64,000 bases of DNA from Phoronis australis. Lineage: Eukaryota > Animalia > Phoronida. The position numbers were made by a program, and so were the translations under genes. This document shows, piece by piece, positions 1 through 14,324 of the stretch (positions are counted from its first letter, which is position 1; each line of letters opens with the position of its first letter). The stretch lies in NCBI GenBank assembly GCA_002633005.1, contig NMRA01000782.1:85729-149728 (forward strand). The letters run 5' to 3'. The notes beneath the pieces are model-generated. The model was not told where the DNA came from. It saw only the letters and a list, made by a program, of their open reading frames with translations, and ran no database searches.

Positions 1-3000
1 TACAAAAACAATACCAATACTTTTAAATCTTCAAGTGCAAACATGATCAGGAATCTACCCTTTATTCCCATGGACAGCAAATCAGTGTAAAAAGTAAAAC
101 AAAAAGTCTTGGATCTCAAAAATGCATCTGAAATATTTGCATCCAGGATAAATTACATTGAAAATTCCACAATTTAATCTCCAGGTGTCAAAGTCTCTAC
201 TCATCTACACAGATGGGAGTTAATTATAAACCTTAAAGTAGCAATCATCAACTAGCAAACAGACTGGAACACTATTTCCAGGAATATCTCCACCATTTCC
301 TCTCCATTCCAGCATATCTTCTCAATATTGGCTACATGTAAGTCATCACAGAGCACCTGTTGTCATTCATGCCATAATAGCCCCAATGGACCAGGAGAGA
401 TGGTTTTTAAAGCCTGCAGAATAGCTTGTAAAACAAGAAGATTTACAGAGATGGTGATATGATAGAGCGCCAGTCAATTACTTCAGCATAAGGTGCTGGA
501 GTTCATTTCAATGTTAGGCCATACCAGGCAGTAGTGACAGAGAATGAAAACTCAAAGAATTTTCCATAAATTACACCACTTCTATGTCGTATTGGGGAAA
601 TTGGCAACTGGAATTACTTTAACCAAGTTAGAAATAATTACATCAATGTGAAGACTTGTACTATTTTGGATAATTCTGCTGTAGTCAGTTGCAGGAAACA
701 AATAACTGTGGTTTAGAACTTGTCATGTATCATCAAGAAAAAACTTGACCCTTTCAAATGGTTCCTGCATGCTGGTCACCTTGATTCAAAATTTCCTGAA
801 GCATCTGATGTCCAACACAGCCCAGACATTTTGTACTTTTGGCGGTTGATTTCCTGAGAACTACTGGACAAACCTTGTCATGGAATGGGACCAGAGAAAT
901 TCGGAGTGGGACTTTAAACCTTCATCTATCAATCCAAGTACAGTCTGCTGCAAATTCATGATAGGATAATTAAATTATCAGCCAATCATAGAATTTTACA
1001 ACTGTCTGGCAAGGAACCACATAGTTTTGAGAAGAGGGACATAGAACACATTACTACCACACACGGTAATATTAGAAGTTCACTATCCCCAATGAAAACA
1101 CAGGTAAGCATGTCAGAAACTTGAAAAGCATTCATTGCAGGCACAACTCCTTCGCAGCTAATCATTTATTTCATTTCAGCCAGTAATTGAGAGTATTAAG
1201 GTTGTAAGTGAAATTAGTTAGCAATGTTCTTTTCTGTACAGTGACGGACTACAAACTTTTATAGAATACGTAGAAAACGCCTTTTAAAGGGTCAAAATCG
1301 GTTTCAGGGCAAAAAATGTTTATTTTAAGATTATTGTCATCCATGATTGTCTCCTTGAAATTATCTTTGACCAGAGCTTTAAAAAAACAAAATCCAATTT
1401 TTTGTGATTTTATCAGAAATTGACAAATGCTCGACATTGGCTTCCAGCCATTCAGTAGAATAAATTGAAATGAAAGCTGATAACCTTGTGGGTTAGAATA
1501 TGTCTTGGGGATGGTCTCAGATGTCATTTGATTTTTTTTAACTTTATTATTTTTCTAGGTCATAGAAACATTAAAACTCAGAGTCCCAAAGACCAAGTAT
1601 ACTAGAAAGCACGAGTTTTTGTACTTTCGTTACAAGCAAACCTGCAGCCCATAGAGTTCTCTATCTCAACTTTCAATAATGAATTGGACGTCAGACTTTT
1701 ACTGGAGGTATCTGTAACATTCCTTTAATGTGAATCACATAGGTAGGGGCTTTCTAAAAAAATTCACCATTAAAATGTGAAACCCAAACAGCAGCATCTT
1801 TGATTCATTGCCAGGAGAATAGTACATCCAAACCTGAATAGCTATGAATAAGTGTTTTCACTCAAAATGACTATCTCGCTAAAATCTCAAAACTTTAGGA
1901 CACACATGGCGGACATTAGTAATTTCTTTATTTTTTCTTTTTTTTAATAGCCAATAAGTGGTGTACAATGAGTGTTTCATCATGTTGACGGTAGTTCAGA
2001 CAACCTTTTGAGAAATTGTGGGAACTAACAACAATGTTAGGGATCGTTAGCAATCATCGCCAATCAAATGAGCGTACAAATTGTTAGCTTTTTGGGGAGG
2101 GGGGGAGAGCTTGCTGCAAGCATGCACTATTGACATCATAAAAACATCAACATCAAATAACAGAAATCAATATTTTGGTTACTTTTTCACATCGTAAATA
2201 CATGACTAACAACCTATACTTGAAATATCACACTCCACAAGGCAAAAACAAAATTAGCCCAAAGAGATACATATAAATAATGGTTCCTTTCTACATCATG
2301 CAAATGTAAAAAGCAACATTGGCATTTAACTTTAAATCACACCGTTTGTAAGTTTAACACATATAAAAACGTAGACCTTACAAAAATATCGCAATTTTAG
2401 TACCCTTGATCTGAGAGAGGGAAGGAAACTATGGCTTGCTTGAGCTCACAGAAATGGAATTAATCGTGACCTTTTGGAAGCCTTTGAAAAATTGGAAATA
2501 TCAGTTTTGGATGTTATTACTGTCCAAAATTGTTGAGAGATGGTTTGTGAAACATGCCTTACCGCACTCACAGGGCTGGGGTACCCTTCACTATACACTC
2601 AGAGTAAGTTCTGAGTGAAGATTCACCTCAACAATTGCCAAACTTAATGACTTCACTGAAGAGCTAGATGCCTGGGAGAGAAAACCTGACACAATACTGC
2701 TTCTATCTTAACCCTGTGGTGCATAATCAAAACCAGCAAGAGATGTGGAAATCAGATCCCCATTCTATGCTGGGTGCTGAATAAAAAACACAGAGGCAAA
2801 ATTATTTCTCCGCATGTACTCACAGCTTGAAATGCTTCAACTAAAAAGCACAAACAAGCCAAAGACTGTCTATAGATAAGAGCCAGGGCATCACAAATGC
2901 CGCTGGTTCTAGCACAGATGGAAAATGAGAAATCTATTCCACAGACAATATCACTGGCTTCAGGATGGTCTTCAGATCCCAGTCTGTTGAGAGGACAGAA

Positions 3001-6000
3001 AGCAACATGTAAGACTAGATGGACATTAACTCTCAAATAAAGACAAAATAAAATAAAATAAAAATTAGTAAGACAGCAACCACTGTAAAAAGCATAACAT
3101 CTCTAGTTCATTCAGCTTTCATAGGTGTCAGTGTGGAGCCAAATATGTATCCTCTCAGTCTCTCACTCCTGGAAAGAGACTTTAGATTACGCTTAAGTTT
3201 CCTGAAAATCCAACAGAAATAATTGCCAAAATAGTCAGTTTTTCCTTTTTCAATAGCTAACTGCATTGCCAACAACGCTCAAAATTTCACCAGGTGTTTT
3301 TATGATAGATGTACAATGTAAATTGTGCAAATAATCAAATAACCTATTCTGACTGTTAATTCTTATCGAAAATGTTTCATAAAATAAAATTTCAAAATTA
3401 CGCCATATTGTGCTGTAAATTGAAGAATCTTTACTATACTACAGTAATTACGCACTTTTTTCACACAGTGCCAAAAAATAAATTTTTGAAAGACGCAATG
3501 CTAAGAGTTGTTTATGTCATCTACACAGTACACTTACAGCCAATATTGGATTCAAATTTTCATTATCTTTATTTTTGTGGGGGACATTTGACAAAATAAG
3601 AGTTTCCCCGTGCCTGTTGTATTGTGTGCTACTTACCATATCCGTAGTAATTAACCTGCCTTCTCAAATTCAACACAACGAGACAGCCAAGATTTTGTAC
3701 TAGGCGAAAGCTTTTCATAGGTGTGAATAATTCTTACCCTACAGTGCTCAAATGGTGTTAATATAACAACACATTTAAAAACCATTCCACACCCTGGGAA
3801 CACTGGTAAAATTAATGGAAACCTACACACCACCAGTTTCTCACTGCAATTATGGATTTTACAATTAGAAATTGATAATGTTTAAAAACGAAGTAACTAG
3901 TAAACAGATCCCATCTGTTTTGCTTTTCCCACACTACATCTACAAGAATATAAACTGATTACAAAAAGAACAAATTAAATTACCTGTGTCTTTTTTCTGA
4001 TTACTACCTTGCTCATTGTGTCAATTCAGCAGATTTAAAAGCAAAGCTTCGAGTCACCGAAACTTCACCAAAGTTATTGGTAAAGGACGCGTCAACGATA
4101 TACAATCAAGCCAGATTTGCAAAATTTGTTCTCTATTATTACTGCGTAGCCAACCTGTTCTCTGTTAGATGCACTTAAATAAATAAATGATGAAGAACGA
4201 CACTGACCATTTTCATAAAGACCCACAAATGGCAGGAGAACAATTTTTGGTTAGCCTCAAACCCACTATCCAATATTCGTTTGAGAGTACAAATGAACTG
4301 TGCTGTCTGTAGTCTGAAAGGTAAGTGATGTTTGGGAAAGCTTCAATAAATGGAAGTTCTGCTAATGAGAAAGCCACCTAAGCCACTACTTTGTTTTGAT
4401 TACAGTCACAAATAGCTCCCACATAAATAATCAACATCTTCAATATATCCTGATGTTCACCCCTGCATGAAGAGTTACATAATAGTACATAACACTGATT
4501 ACAGACACATGGCCACCTGCACAACCAGACCCAAAACATAAGTGCTTGGTTTATCCAGTTAACTCTGGTTATATCAAGTCAAATGGAAAAAAAATCTAGT
4601 TTTCACAGAATAAATATAACCATTTTTTCACAGAATTTTTAAATGTTTTTCCATCTAAATTATCAAGCTCATTCAATGTAATGAAAATTGAAAGAGAAAT
4701 GTTTCAAAACATTTTTTCAAAAATGTCAATACTAAAATTCAAATCGTCAAAGTGGAATTGTACCCCATCAGCTGAACTTTACACCATGATCTAAAGAGTA
4801 TGTATAAGTCTGACACCTTGCTGTGGGAATTCATGAACTATAATTCCCTTCTATTACAGCAGGTCCTGAAGCCAATAATTGAGTTTACTGTGTCAACACT
4901 ACCTCTGTTTCTGATACATGACCATAAAGGTGGGGGGGAGAAACAAACAGGGGGAACACCATTAAATAAACTCATTACCTTTAACTGGCATCAGTGATCC
5001 TGTCAAGTCAAAAACTATGAATACTCAGAGAGAAAGGAGCCCGAAACCACACAAACAAGGTACCAAAAAGTTGTATACTTACTGTCAAACCAGGTGACAA
5101 GATTCAGCAAAAACATCACCATTCTCAAAGGAAGTCTTCACAGGATATGATCAAGACACTAATGAGTGCTGACATGTGCTGATAACTACAGGGGAAGGAT
5201 TAAGTGTCTTAACACTTCCTTTGACAAATAGCTGATCAAGACATCTACACAGAAGCCAATTGGTAACTATTACATAATATAATGTCACATCTGTTTGGGC
5301 AGAAGTAACATGTTAATTAAAATATGTCTGTGCTAGCTGTTGGGAATGGTCTAGAAATGAAACAAGTTTCTACCTTAATTCAAAATTATGTTTAGACATT
5401 TAAGTTATTGAGTTGAAAAAGGGGAAAGGCTTTAGAGGCCTCTATTGCACAAGTGTTGGCATCTAAGACTGTACTCCCTCGGTTGGTATTAAGGGGGTAT
5501 TTAACTGAGCTTTCAGGCAAAGTAAGAAGTTTTGACAATAAGCCACTTCCTATGAACTAGTCACAAATTTTTCCTCATTCGTTATGCCGCCTGGACTTAA
5601 AATGAACGACTGATCCTCATTTCATCAAACTCATAAAATTTCAGGTCACAGCTTGATCTGTTTTATGAGCTTGCTGAAGAAATAACCATAATTCATTCCT
5701 ACGCCCAGATATCATTTCCAGTAAAGAACAATTTGATACATTTACCACTTGGAATGTTTAGTTTCAGATTGATAAATTTGTGAATAGGGGAACTTGTCTT
5801 GGTAACGTGACAAGGAATGAGACAGTCCATATTTCCTGTTGGTATGCTGGTCAGTTTGACAGCAACATAAACAGAGCCACCATTGACTCCGAGATAAGTC
5901 TCGTAAAGTTTATGTAATCTGGATTTAACACTGGCTACTGCCCAAGTGCTCAGGCTTGTCACGACCCGTGTAACAAAGGGTTTCCATGAGTCAGCACATG

Positions 6001-8044
6001 GCAATTACTGGCCGCAGCACTTTTTGAATTATACACATTATCAATATTTGCTTCATAATTCCTCAGGGTGGACGCAGATCAATGTAATTTTCATCAGGTG
6101 TAGCCGCAGTAGATCCCACTTGGCATTCGTTTGACCAGATGACATGTCTTAGTTTGTACTATAGGCGACTGCTTCCTCAGTCTTCATTACCCTAACTGAA
6201 TTAATCATTTTCCTCCAAAGCCATCGAAGTATCAGAAACTATATGTATGATGGCGACATTTCCGGCAGCAGTAATACCTGAACGTTATGAAGCGCAAATG
6301 TGGGGTACAGTAGGCAACACGTAGCCCTCGGGAAGAGTATAGTGGCTATACTGGATAATGGGTCTGCGTGCAGTGAACTACAGTATACATGCAGAGAGAG
6401 GACTAAAACTTGAATTCCCCGTACGTAACCCCTAAGATAGATGAATAAACTATTCGTCTACAAACCTGCAGCAGCTGGCAGTTAAATATAAAGTGGACAA
6501 ACTCAAACGATCTTCGTCTGCTTGCAACATTCGGGCAATAAAAAGATCATGTCACGTGCTCGCGGCACTCCACTGAGGGCGCGGTCCCCAAGCCCCATTT
6601 ACCATCTGTTCAAAACACTGTAACTTGGCGTTCAAAGTGCCGCGAACTCGCTGGTCTACACACGATTACGAGACGGGTAATATGCTGTACCATTCGAGAG
6701 CAAGGAAACCCTGCTATAAATAGTGGCCCGTTGATGGATGGATGGTCAGGTTTTAATTTACAATGCATGAGAAAACTAGCTTTCTGGCAATGTAATGTTT
6801 GAGATTAAGTCAACAATAGCAAGTCGTTCCTAATATTGGCCTCAGTGCAAATCGGAGCTGAATTTCGAACCAAAACTGCGGGCAAACTGCACATGATTCA
6901 ATTCATATTGGAAAACCTGGAAATGTGGCAACCAACGCTTTCGCGCCCATGGGGACGCCGCTGGTGCAGTAAACCTGCTCCACCACAGAAATTGTGGATC
7001 TGCAACTTATGTAGAAGTGAAATCTCGATTGAAATTTTCACCAGGTTAATAAAAAAACTAATTGTGTGATCCAACACGAGTAATTGGAGCATTCAGTTAT
7101 TGTTGGAAAATAGTGACATGCAAAAACGACACGGTTTGCCGAGTCGTGTGAAAAAACAGGTCGTGAAAAATAAAAACTCTTTATCCTGGAAAACCCTGGG
7201 TCAACAAAATCCCGCAATACGTGATTGTGAGAACCCTGAATACTATTAAGCGTTTTATGATTTATAGAAATATATACATACATGAAATTGTTGCATATGA
7301 GTTGTTTTGATTGAAAAGGCCTAAGTTTCTATGATCATTTAGAGGGTCCCACACTTTGAAAAAATAGTTTTCGCCTCAGAATAACTGGCATCAAGCTGGC
7401 CACAGGGTCTCAAAATCCGGGATCTCTATTATCCTTTTCCTGTCAGCTGAATTCAAGTTTCAGATAATCACTAAATCAGATCGACCGACAAAATAGTCAA
7501 TTGTTACATGTGCTGAGACGGCAGTCGTCAAGGATAACGGAAACATTAGTTAATTGCTTGACTCAATTTTGTTCATCAAATCAACGAAAGAATAAACTCG
7601 GAGGAAATTTCGCTGGATTCGTGACTAACTGATCATTTGGAAACGTCATAGTAGGCGACTCATATCGCCGAGAGACCTAGTCCGTGCGGTTTTTTCGTTG
7701 ACTTCGAACATCAGTTGTTTGTCATTAGTATGACCTAATGAAGACGCAGTCGAGAACGGGAATATGTATGGGATCATCTTCTTTTTCTAATCAAGCCCAT
7801 ACACCGTTCATTGACACCTTTTGAGCAGGCTGAAATCGTCCTCTATACCCATTTGCAGTCGATGTATAAGCGCTCAATGAATTCCACGTGCCAAACTTAT
7901 TTATTTTGCTCGTTCAATTACCTCACCGCGCTCAGTCAATCGGAGAAATTAAGCTGTCCAAACCCTACGTCACACCATTCGTGTGTGCGTTGGTTTGGGT
8001 TCATGTTGTAAGAGAATCGGTGCTTGTGATGGCGAATGTATGTG

Positions 8045-8198
8045 CAGTGGGGGAAGGGGCCAAGGGGGCCATGCCCCCTGAAATTTCCCCAGATTCCATT
8101 TGGCAGTTCGGGGGTGCGAATGTCTGACGGGAAAAATGCTGGCTAACACTCTGCCCTGCCCCCCCCCCCCCGAACTCCAAATGCTGGATCCGCGTCTG
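8045..8198 (+). mobile_element. MITE of the CAG(T/G)GGCGGA...GGATCCGCCCCTG family, 5-bp TSD
   Basis: TSD ATGTG/ATGCG (1 mismatch). Interior matches 14166-14324. Confidence 0.7.
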
Positions 8199-10788
8199 AT
8201 GCGGTACTTAATGTCCACCAGATCTCATTCAACACATTACAGGAAACATATGCTTAATTAGTGACGCGCGACGGATAAATTAAGAATCATTGATGTTAGT
8301 TCTAAACGATTAGATACAAAAGAAATTACCAGTTCGTGCGTATTGGATGAACGGCCACTAACCGCGGGGCCTATTCCGAGCGCTAAAGAATTTAGGGTTT
8401 CGCTCAGTATGGAGGGCGCGTGTCTTAGAATTCATGAAGTTTTTCACCGTTAATTGATAATTTCTTGTGATCGTTCTACAAGTTCTTAAGAGTTGTTAGC
8501 TGTTATTTCCTATGACAATTTGAATTATGAAGTTTAGGGCATGTACTTGAATAAATGTAAACATCTCATATTTAGCCTGTTAAAGAAAGTCCTCACATTG
8601 CGACTACTAGTTTCTGTTTTAATACTAACGGTTTTCAGCACTTAGCAGTATAGTATACAACCATCTTATACGCTGCTACGCATGACTCTTGCTACAGAGC
8701 TCACACAGAATAATTTTGCCCAGTTCAGCTGAATACTTTGCGATGCTCTAGCGACATGTCATTGGGAAATCGACGAAAGCTCAGAATCCTATTGGCTGAG
8801 ATCGGAAAAGAGAGACGAAATGACCCGGATGATCTCATTAGGCAAAGGCATAAGGCAATAAAGGTAATGACATTAATTCTTACACTACTTAATCTGATGC
8901 AACAGTTGCAGCAAATTGAGCGGAAAATATTTATTTTTCTGACAATGTGAAAACAAATGTAGAATGCGACTGCGTGGACAGTCCTCTGAAACTAAAGACG
9001 GGCGAAATCGGTCAGTTTTGCACATTTGCTAAATTTGAATACCATTCAGTAATTTTCATTTATACTTTTGCCGGGAGCAACGGATGCGAAATTGGAAGGG
9101 GGTTGGCCAGCACCACTACGTTTGGTCTCTGTGCGACCAGTTCTTCACTACTATATGCCACTGCCGTCACTCAAAAAAATCTGGGACCCATTCTATCCCA
9201 ATATTACAGCCGAATGGTTTCCTTGTGATTCTCCAGCGGCAAAAAATATTGGACCCACCATTGACTAGTAAGTTCAAGTAATAATTTATGGTACGGTTAT
9301 GACAAAAAGCCGCGAGAGCGCATCAAAAAAATGTCGACGGAACAAACTCAATCCGTCTTTCACACTCATTGAAAATTCCTTATTCAATCCAAATCATAAA
9401 TCCAAGAAGCTGTACGTTTTGAAAAAATATAATAAATTACCTGTCAGAAGAAACTTTCAAACGCTGCATTCATGTTTTGGAAAATATCCACGAAATCCTA
9501 ACACAATGGTTCCTTGAAATCGTTGCTGGGCCAACCCCTTTTTTGCTGACGGTACTTGGCGAAGGAGTGCTTCAATCAATGTGTTAACTTCGTGTTCCTG
9601 GTGAATGACGCCGAGCAATCAAGTGTGAGTGCTTGTACGTAATTTTGCCAGTTAAATCTAATACTCTTAAAAACCAATCTTGTTATCCGAAATACGCATT
9701 CTTGTCTCACCCATCGGTCTGCCAGAAGAGGTGATTTATCAAGAGCACCGGTTTGCGTCTGGCGAACATGAAAAGTTTAGATACCGTTTAACGTTAAACT
9801 CTCATCCGAACAGCGATTGGTTTCACCAATGAACTCAACCGTGGTGCGCATACCAGTGTCGAATTCACGAGCGTATCGGACGGTGTTCGCTGGAATGGCT
9901 CGCGGTCTTCTGAGGATAAGTTTTATTGACTACATCTGATGGCCTTTTAAGTGCAAATTGAACTCAGTTGGTTACACACTGCCTGCTGCTTCAGAAGAAC
10001 ATACCGTTTGTTTTGTAACACAACAGTTTTCAAACGGATGCACATGTGTTGTGGTGTAAGAACCTGTCTTGTCATTACTTGATGCAGCTTCAGCCTGGCA
10101 ATTGCATGTTGATGAATTGGTCGGCCCCGTTTCGTTTTATTTTAAAGGGCCCACACAGGTAAAGAAAAATTGTGAACTCCAAACTAGAATAAATCAAATT
10201 AGCGGCGGCAAATCCTCCGGGCGTTTGATTGAGTGACAGGTTATCCAGTAATCTTAACAACCCACTGTTTGGGAACCCGCATGCCTGCACAAAANGCCCA
10301 TGATGGTGTAGATGTTCTTGAAACAGGAACCTGTCACGGTAAGGAATATTATGATGCAATCGATGTTATGAGCGTAGAGGACCTTATTCGATTTTCGTGC
10401 TTAGACAGCTTATGACAGGGCAAAATGCAACTTTAAACTAGGAAGTTTCAACTTGGGGTCTCGCGCAAAATAGGGGTTCCATCTTGTCATGCAAGAAGCC
10501 CTCAAAAGATCGTGGGAACAGCTAGGTGCGAAGGGCAGCAAAGTTGCGACTAGTGTAGGAAAAATGGGGGCCCGGCCTCGTTGCCACAGGGGCATTTGGC
10601 AAAAGTTGTGGCGACCGCGGTCAGTTCAAAAATTGTGGCGAAAGGAGTGAGCCTCCAGAGATTTTGTAGCGTGGGGTGCTCGAGATTAATCCGACACTGT
10701 CGCTTAAAGTAATCTTCGCTTTACTCCATCGTTCCAGTATTTTATTATGTGTAATTGGGAAAGTTCACTCGCCTCTAGCAATGTTAGT

Positions 10789-10848
10789 CAACAACAACAA
10801 CAGCAACAACAAACAAACAAACAAACAAACAAACAAACAAACAAACAA
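10789..10848 (+). repeat. Compound microsatellite (CAA)n(AAAC)n
   Basis: Direct reading. Confidence 0.95.
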
Positions 10849-11266
10849 CCTCAAAACATGAAACGCTGCACTGGTTTTCAATTACGTCCTTGCATGGACC
10901 ACCATTTATATCATTTAGTTGAGTATTGAAACATATGTATATTGTGGTGGGACTTTTGGTTGTTTCTGTATTTTACTTTTTTAATACAGCCAAATAGCGT
11001 AAACACGAACATGACGACTGAAATCACGGACCTAATGAAGTTCACGGAATATTTGAAGTGGAAGTTTCGCCGCCGCCACCTTCCCTTATTCCAGCTTGGA
11101 GTGATTAGCGAGACCGGCCTGGACCATTTTAGCATGGCATAATATACATGTATAACAGGACAACTCATCCAGATAATAATAATATGAAATGAACGGGACA
11201 CGTCCTCGGGGAAAACTGACTGTGAAGCGCCAAAGGGTTCTGAGTAACTTTCTGCGATTTGAAGTA

Positions 11267-11701
11267 TGCCTAATCAATGAGTAGTTTTGCTTAATCAACG
11301 CGTACTTTTTGTTCTCAAACAGTCATCGTTCTGTTCTTATTCAACGCGCACTTTTGCTTAATCACTCGCTGGTTCCCTGTGTGCCGCTAGGTGGGGCGGT
11401 AGCCGCGCCAGCACGCGTGATGGCTGGGCTAAGCACGCGGGGAACCAGCGAGGCTTAATCAACGCGTAGTTTTGCTTTAATCAACGCACTGGATTAGTTA
11501 TTCGTCCAATCACAGCCAAGTTTCCGTTGTCTTCCGCTATTTTGAGATTTGAGAGCACGGCCGTCATTGGCTTATGAAAACTGATCAAAACTGCATGTTG
11601 ATTTAAAACAAAAGAACGCGTTGAATCTGAACAGAACGACGGTGTCGTTTTAAGAACTAAAAGTACGCGTTGATTAAGCAAAACTAAGCGTTGATTAAGC
11701 A
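11267..11701. mobile_element. Foldback-like element with long TIRs made of ~21-bp subrepeats
   Basis: Left arm TTTTGCTTAATCAACGCG repeats are mirrored by CGCGTTGATTAAGCAAAA in the right arm. Hosts the 11365 MITE. Confidence 0.65.
11365..11452. mobile_element. 88-bp MITE with 9-bp TSD
   Basis: TIR CTCGCTGGTTCCC...GGGAACCAGCGAG flanked by GCTTAATCA on both sides. Confidence 0.85.
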
Positions 11702-12807
11702 CATGTCAACGCACCCTGAGAAAGGTACTCGTTTAAGAACCTTTTGGCACTTCATAATTGTCGTGTGTTGACGTAAGACGGCCGGGGCAACATTCATACG
11801 CATGTTGCCTGAAGACAGTGTCATGAACCTTCGCCACCCCAGGCTCCTCTTTGCTTTGTGGATGTATGAAGTCATTTTCTCCAGACGGTGCCGTACTCCA
11901 CGCTATTTCATCTTGTTTACACCAGCATACTTCCAGTGCTCTCGCCATATGTATACATGTATATAAACATGCCGCATCGATAGAAAATGTCATTCTCCCT
12001 AACTAAAAACAAATATGTGGTCTTCACGTCATAAAACGGTGGGAAACTAACTTGAGAACTCGATAGGATGCAGTAATTGTCATTTGCTGCAAATGCCATT
12101 GCGTTTAATCATGATCGCGAATCTAAATGAAAACTTGAACTGAGTCACTTTGGTGGATCAATAAAGTCATGTTTCAAGTTGGTCATTACAAATGTAAATT
12201 TAAACATTGTACTATGCATGAACATAGTGAGGTCATGGTGTTGAGGCACGATTGGAATATAAATCGCCCTTTGCTACAATGTAGTTTGAATTTAATTATT
12301 TCAATTGTTCTTAGATTTTCTTCTGCATTTGTTTCAAGTATGAGCGCTATTTTATGTCTTGTAATCCAGGCTTCCAAATAAATTAAGTCCATTCATTCAT
12401 TGTCAAATCGAAAACTGCAGACGACTCCGCAATCCCTAAACATGTAGTGCGCATTATGGTTTGTAGGCCAATATCGTACCCCAACTCTACCTAAAACAAT
12501 TAAAGGTAAAAATCAACTGATACGGGAACCCCCAAATCCGTATACAGGCTTGCAATCACGGAGACGCGGATGGTCATAGCGAGAGTGTTCATGTACGCCG
12601 GGTGTAAAGTTGAAGATGACGTTCACGTATCGATCAGAGAAAGTTGTGATGCACAAAGAAACACCGAGCTATGTGACATGGTGCCACATCTGAGAAATAG
12701 CGATCCATGGTACAAAACTACACATTTACCGCTTATCCGCTGGCTACCTGGCAAAATAATTATAATTGATACTAGGGGACACGTGACAAGCTAGGCTGCC
12801 CAAAGGA

Positions 12808-12858
12808 CTCGCTGGTTGTGCGTGCCGCTAGGTGGTCAGTACGTAGGGGACCAGCGAG
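12808..12858. mobile_element. 51-bp MITE of the same family with 9-bp TSD
   Basis: CTCGCTGGT...ACCAGCGAG flanked by CCCAAAGGA on both sides. Confidence 0.85.
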
Positions 12859-14165
12859 CCCAAAGGATCGCGCGACTCGTCAAGTAGAGACTTGTGTCCT
12901 CATTTTCACATTATGTCCTGCTTGAAAGAGTAAGATGAATAACGTGCAGCAGGGGTTGAGGGTTATGTCAGGATTCACACATGCAAATTTTTGATTTCAC
13001 GATAGTATTTTTTACTTTTCACAGACCACGGCCGATATGCTCTCCTGGTCGGTCCACCGTAATCCCACACATTCCTGACTGCCGCCTCCGAATAAATTTT
13101 TCGCTCACTTTTTCATGCGTTCGGTCTAATTTCACTTTTCACGACATCCTAGACATACAAAATTATACTCGCCAGGCGCTGACCTTCAAATCCCTGATGG
13201 TCCACGGATACGAACGTACGTTCACTCACGGCCATTCAGCCACGTACATGCACTTAGGGTCATGACTGAACTGAGAAAAAGCCCATCGATTATCCCTTCA
13301 GTCACCAATAGTCGCAGCCTTGTGTACGCATAACCTGTTGACAGGAAGTCGCCAGATCATATCATAGGTTAACAGTCTTTCAAATTTCTGATAAATCAGA
13401 CAAACAAATCAGCCTTCACCCATCAGGAACCCTTGATGAAGGATCCCCATTGCCCGGTCATATTAGGCGGACATACTCTCACTGGGCCCAGCTGTGGCTG
13501 TGTCAGTCGAGATAACTAACAGTGGAAGAATCTTTGACCAAAAGTGAATTTGGGCAAAAGCGTAAACTCCGGCAGTCATGCTAGAGAAAACATGAATTTG
13601 TTTGTTAAAGTGAGGGACAATTCTTCAATGAACCTCAACAAAAGCCGGATTGCCGTCTTCATTGTGATTCTAGAGACCACCGGACGGCGTAGGGTTTCAC
13701 AATCACGCTGTTTAAAATCGTTTAAACTTTACTTTAAAGAGACCCGGAACGCGAAAAACGGTCTAAGTTGCACTCATCAAGGTAGTCTCCGCAATTAACT
13801 GAAACAGAATTCAACCTGTTTACCGAGTATTTTTACAATTTGTTCGTATAGATTTTGAATTTCTGTTGATGTCAAAGCATTTTTTCTTTTAGATTCAAAT
13901 AAAAAAAGATCTGTCAACTGCTCGTCACTTCGTTGATTTTCCTCCCACAAGGCAAAGCACGTCTCCTTATGTGGTATGGGCAGACATAGACGCAGCAAAT
14001 TTCCCTTACCGGGGTATATGGAAATTTCGTCACGCAGGGAAGTGAATAACTCTGTAGTAAAGGTTGCGAGATAGTACTTTCGTTAGGAATTGTTTAAAAG
14101 ATACTTTTGACGAGCTTTCGCGTTCCATGCATCTTAACATAAATAAAAGAATATAAGTTGCATCT

Positions 14166-14324
14166 CAATGGCGGATTTAGAGGGGGGCCAAGGGGACCAT
14201 GCCCCCCCACCAAAACTTTCTCAGATTCCATTCGCCAGTTCGGGGGTGCGAATGTCTGGCGGGCAAAATCCTGGCTAATACTCTGCCCTGGTCCTCCCAC
14301 CTAAAAATCCTGGATCTGCCCCTG
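14166..14324 (+). mobile_element. 5-bp-TSD MITE
   Basis: CAATGGCGGAT...GATCTGCCCCTG with TSD CATCT. Confidence 0.8.

Noticed and set aside
1284-1728. TTAA-AGG...CCT-TTAA candidate Kolobok/piggyBac-like element (similar candidates near 25340-26185 and 41605-42520)
   Set aside because: The inverted match does not extend convincingly beyond a few bases.
7734-7760. CTAATGAAGAC-GCA-GTCGAGAAC hammerhead-like motif
   Set aside because: Both conserved boxes deviate and no Penelope context is visible.
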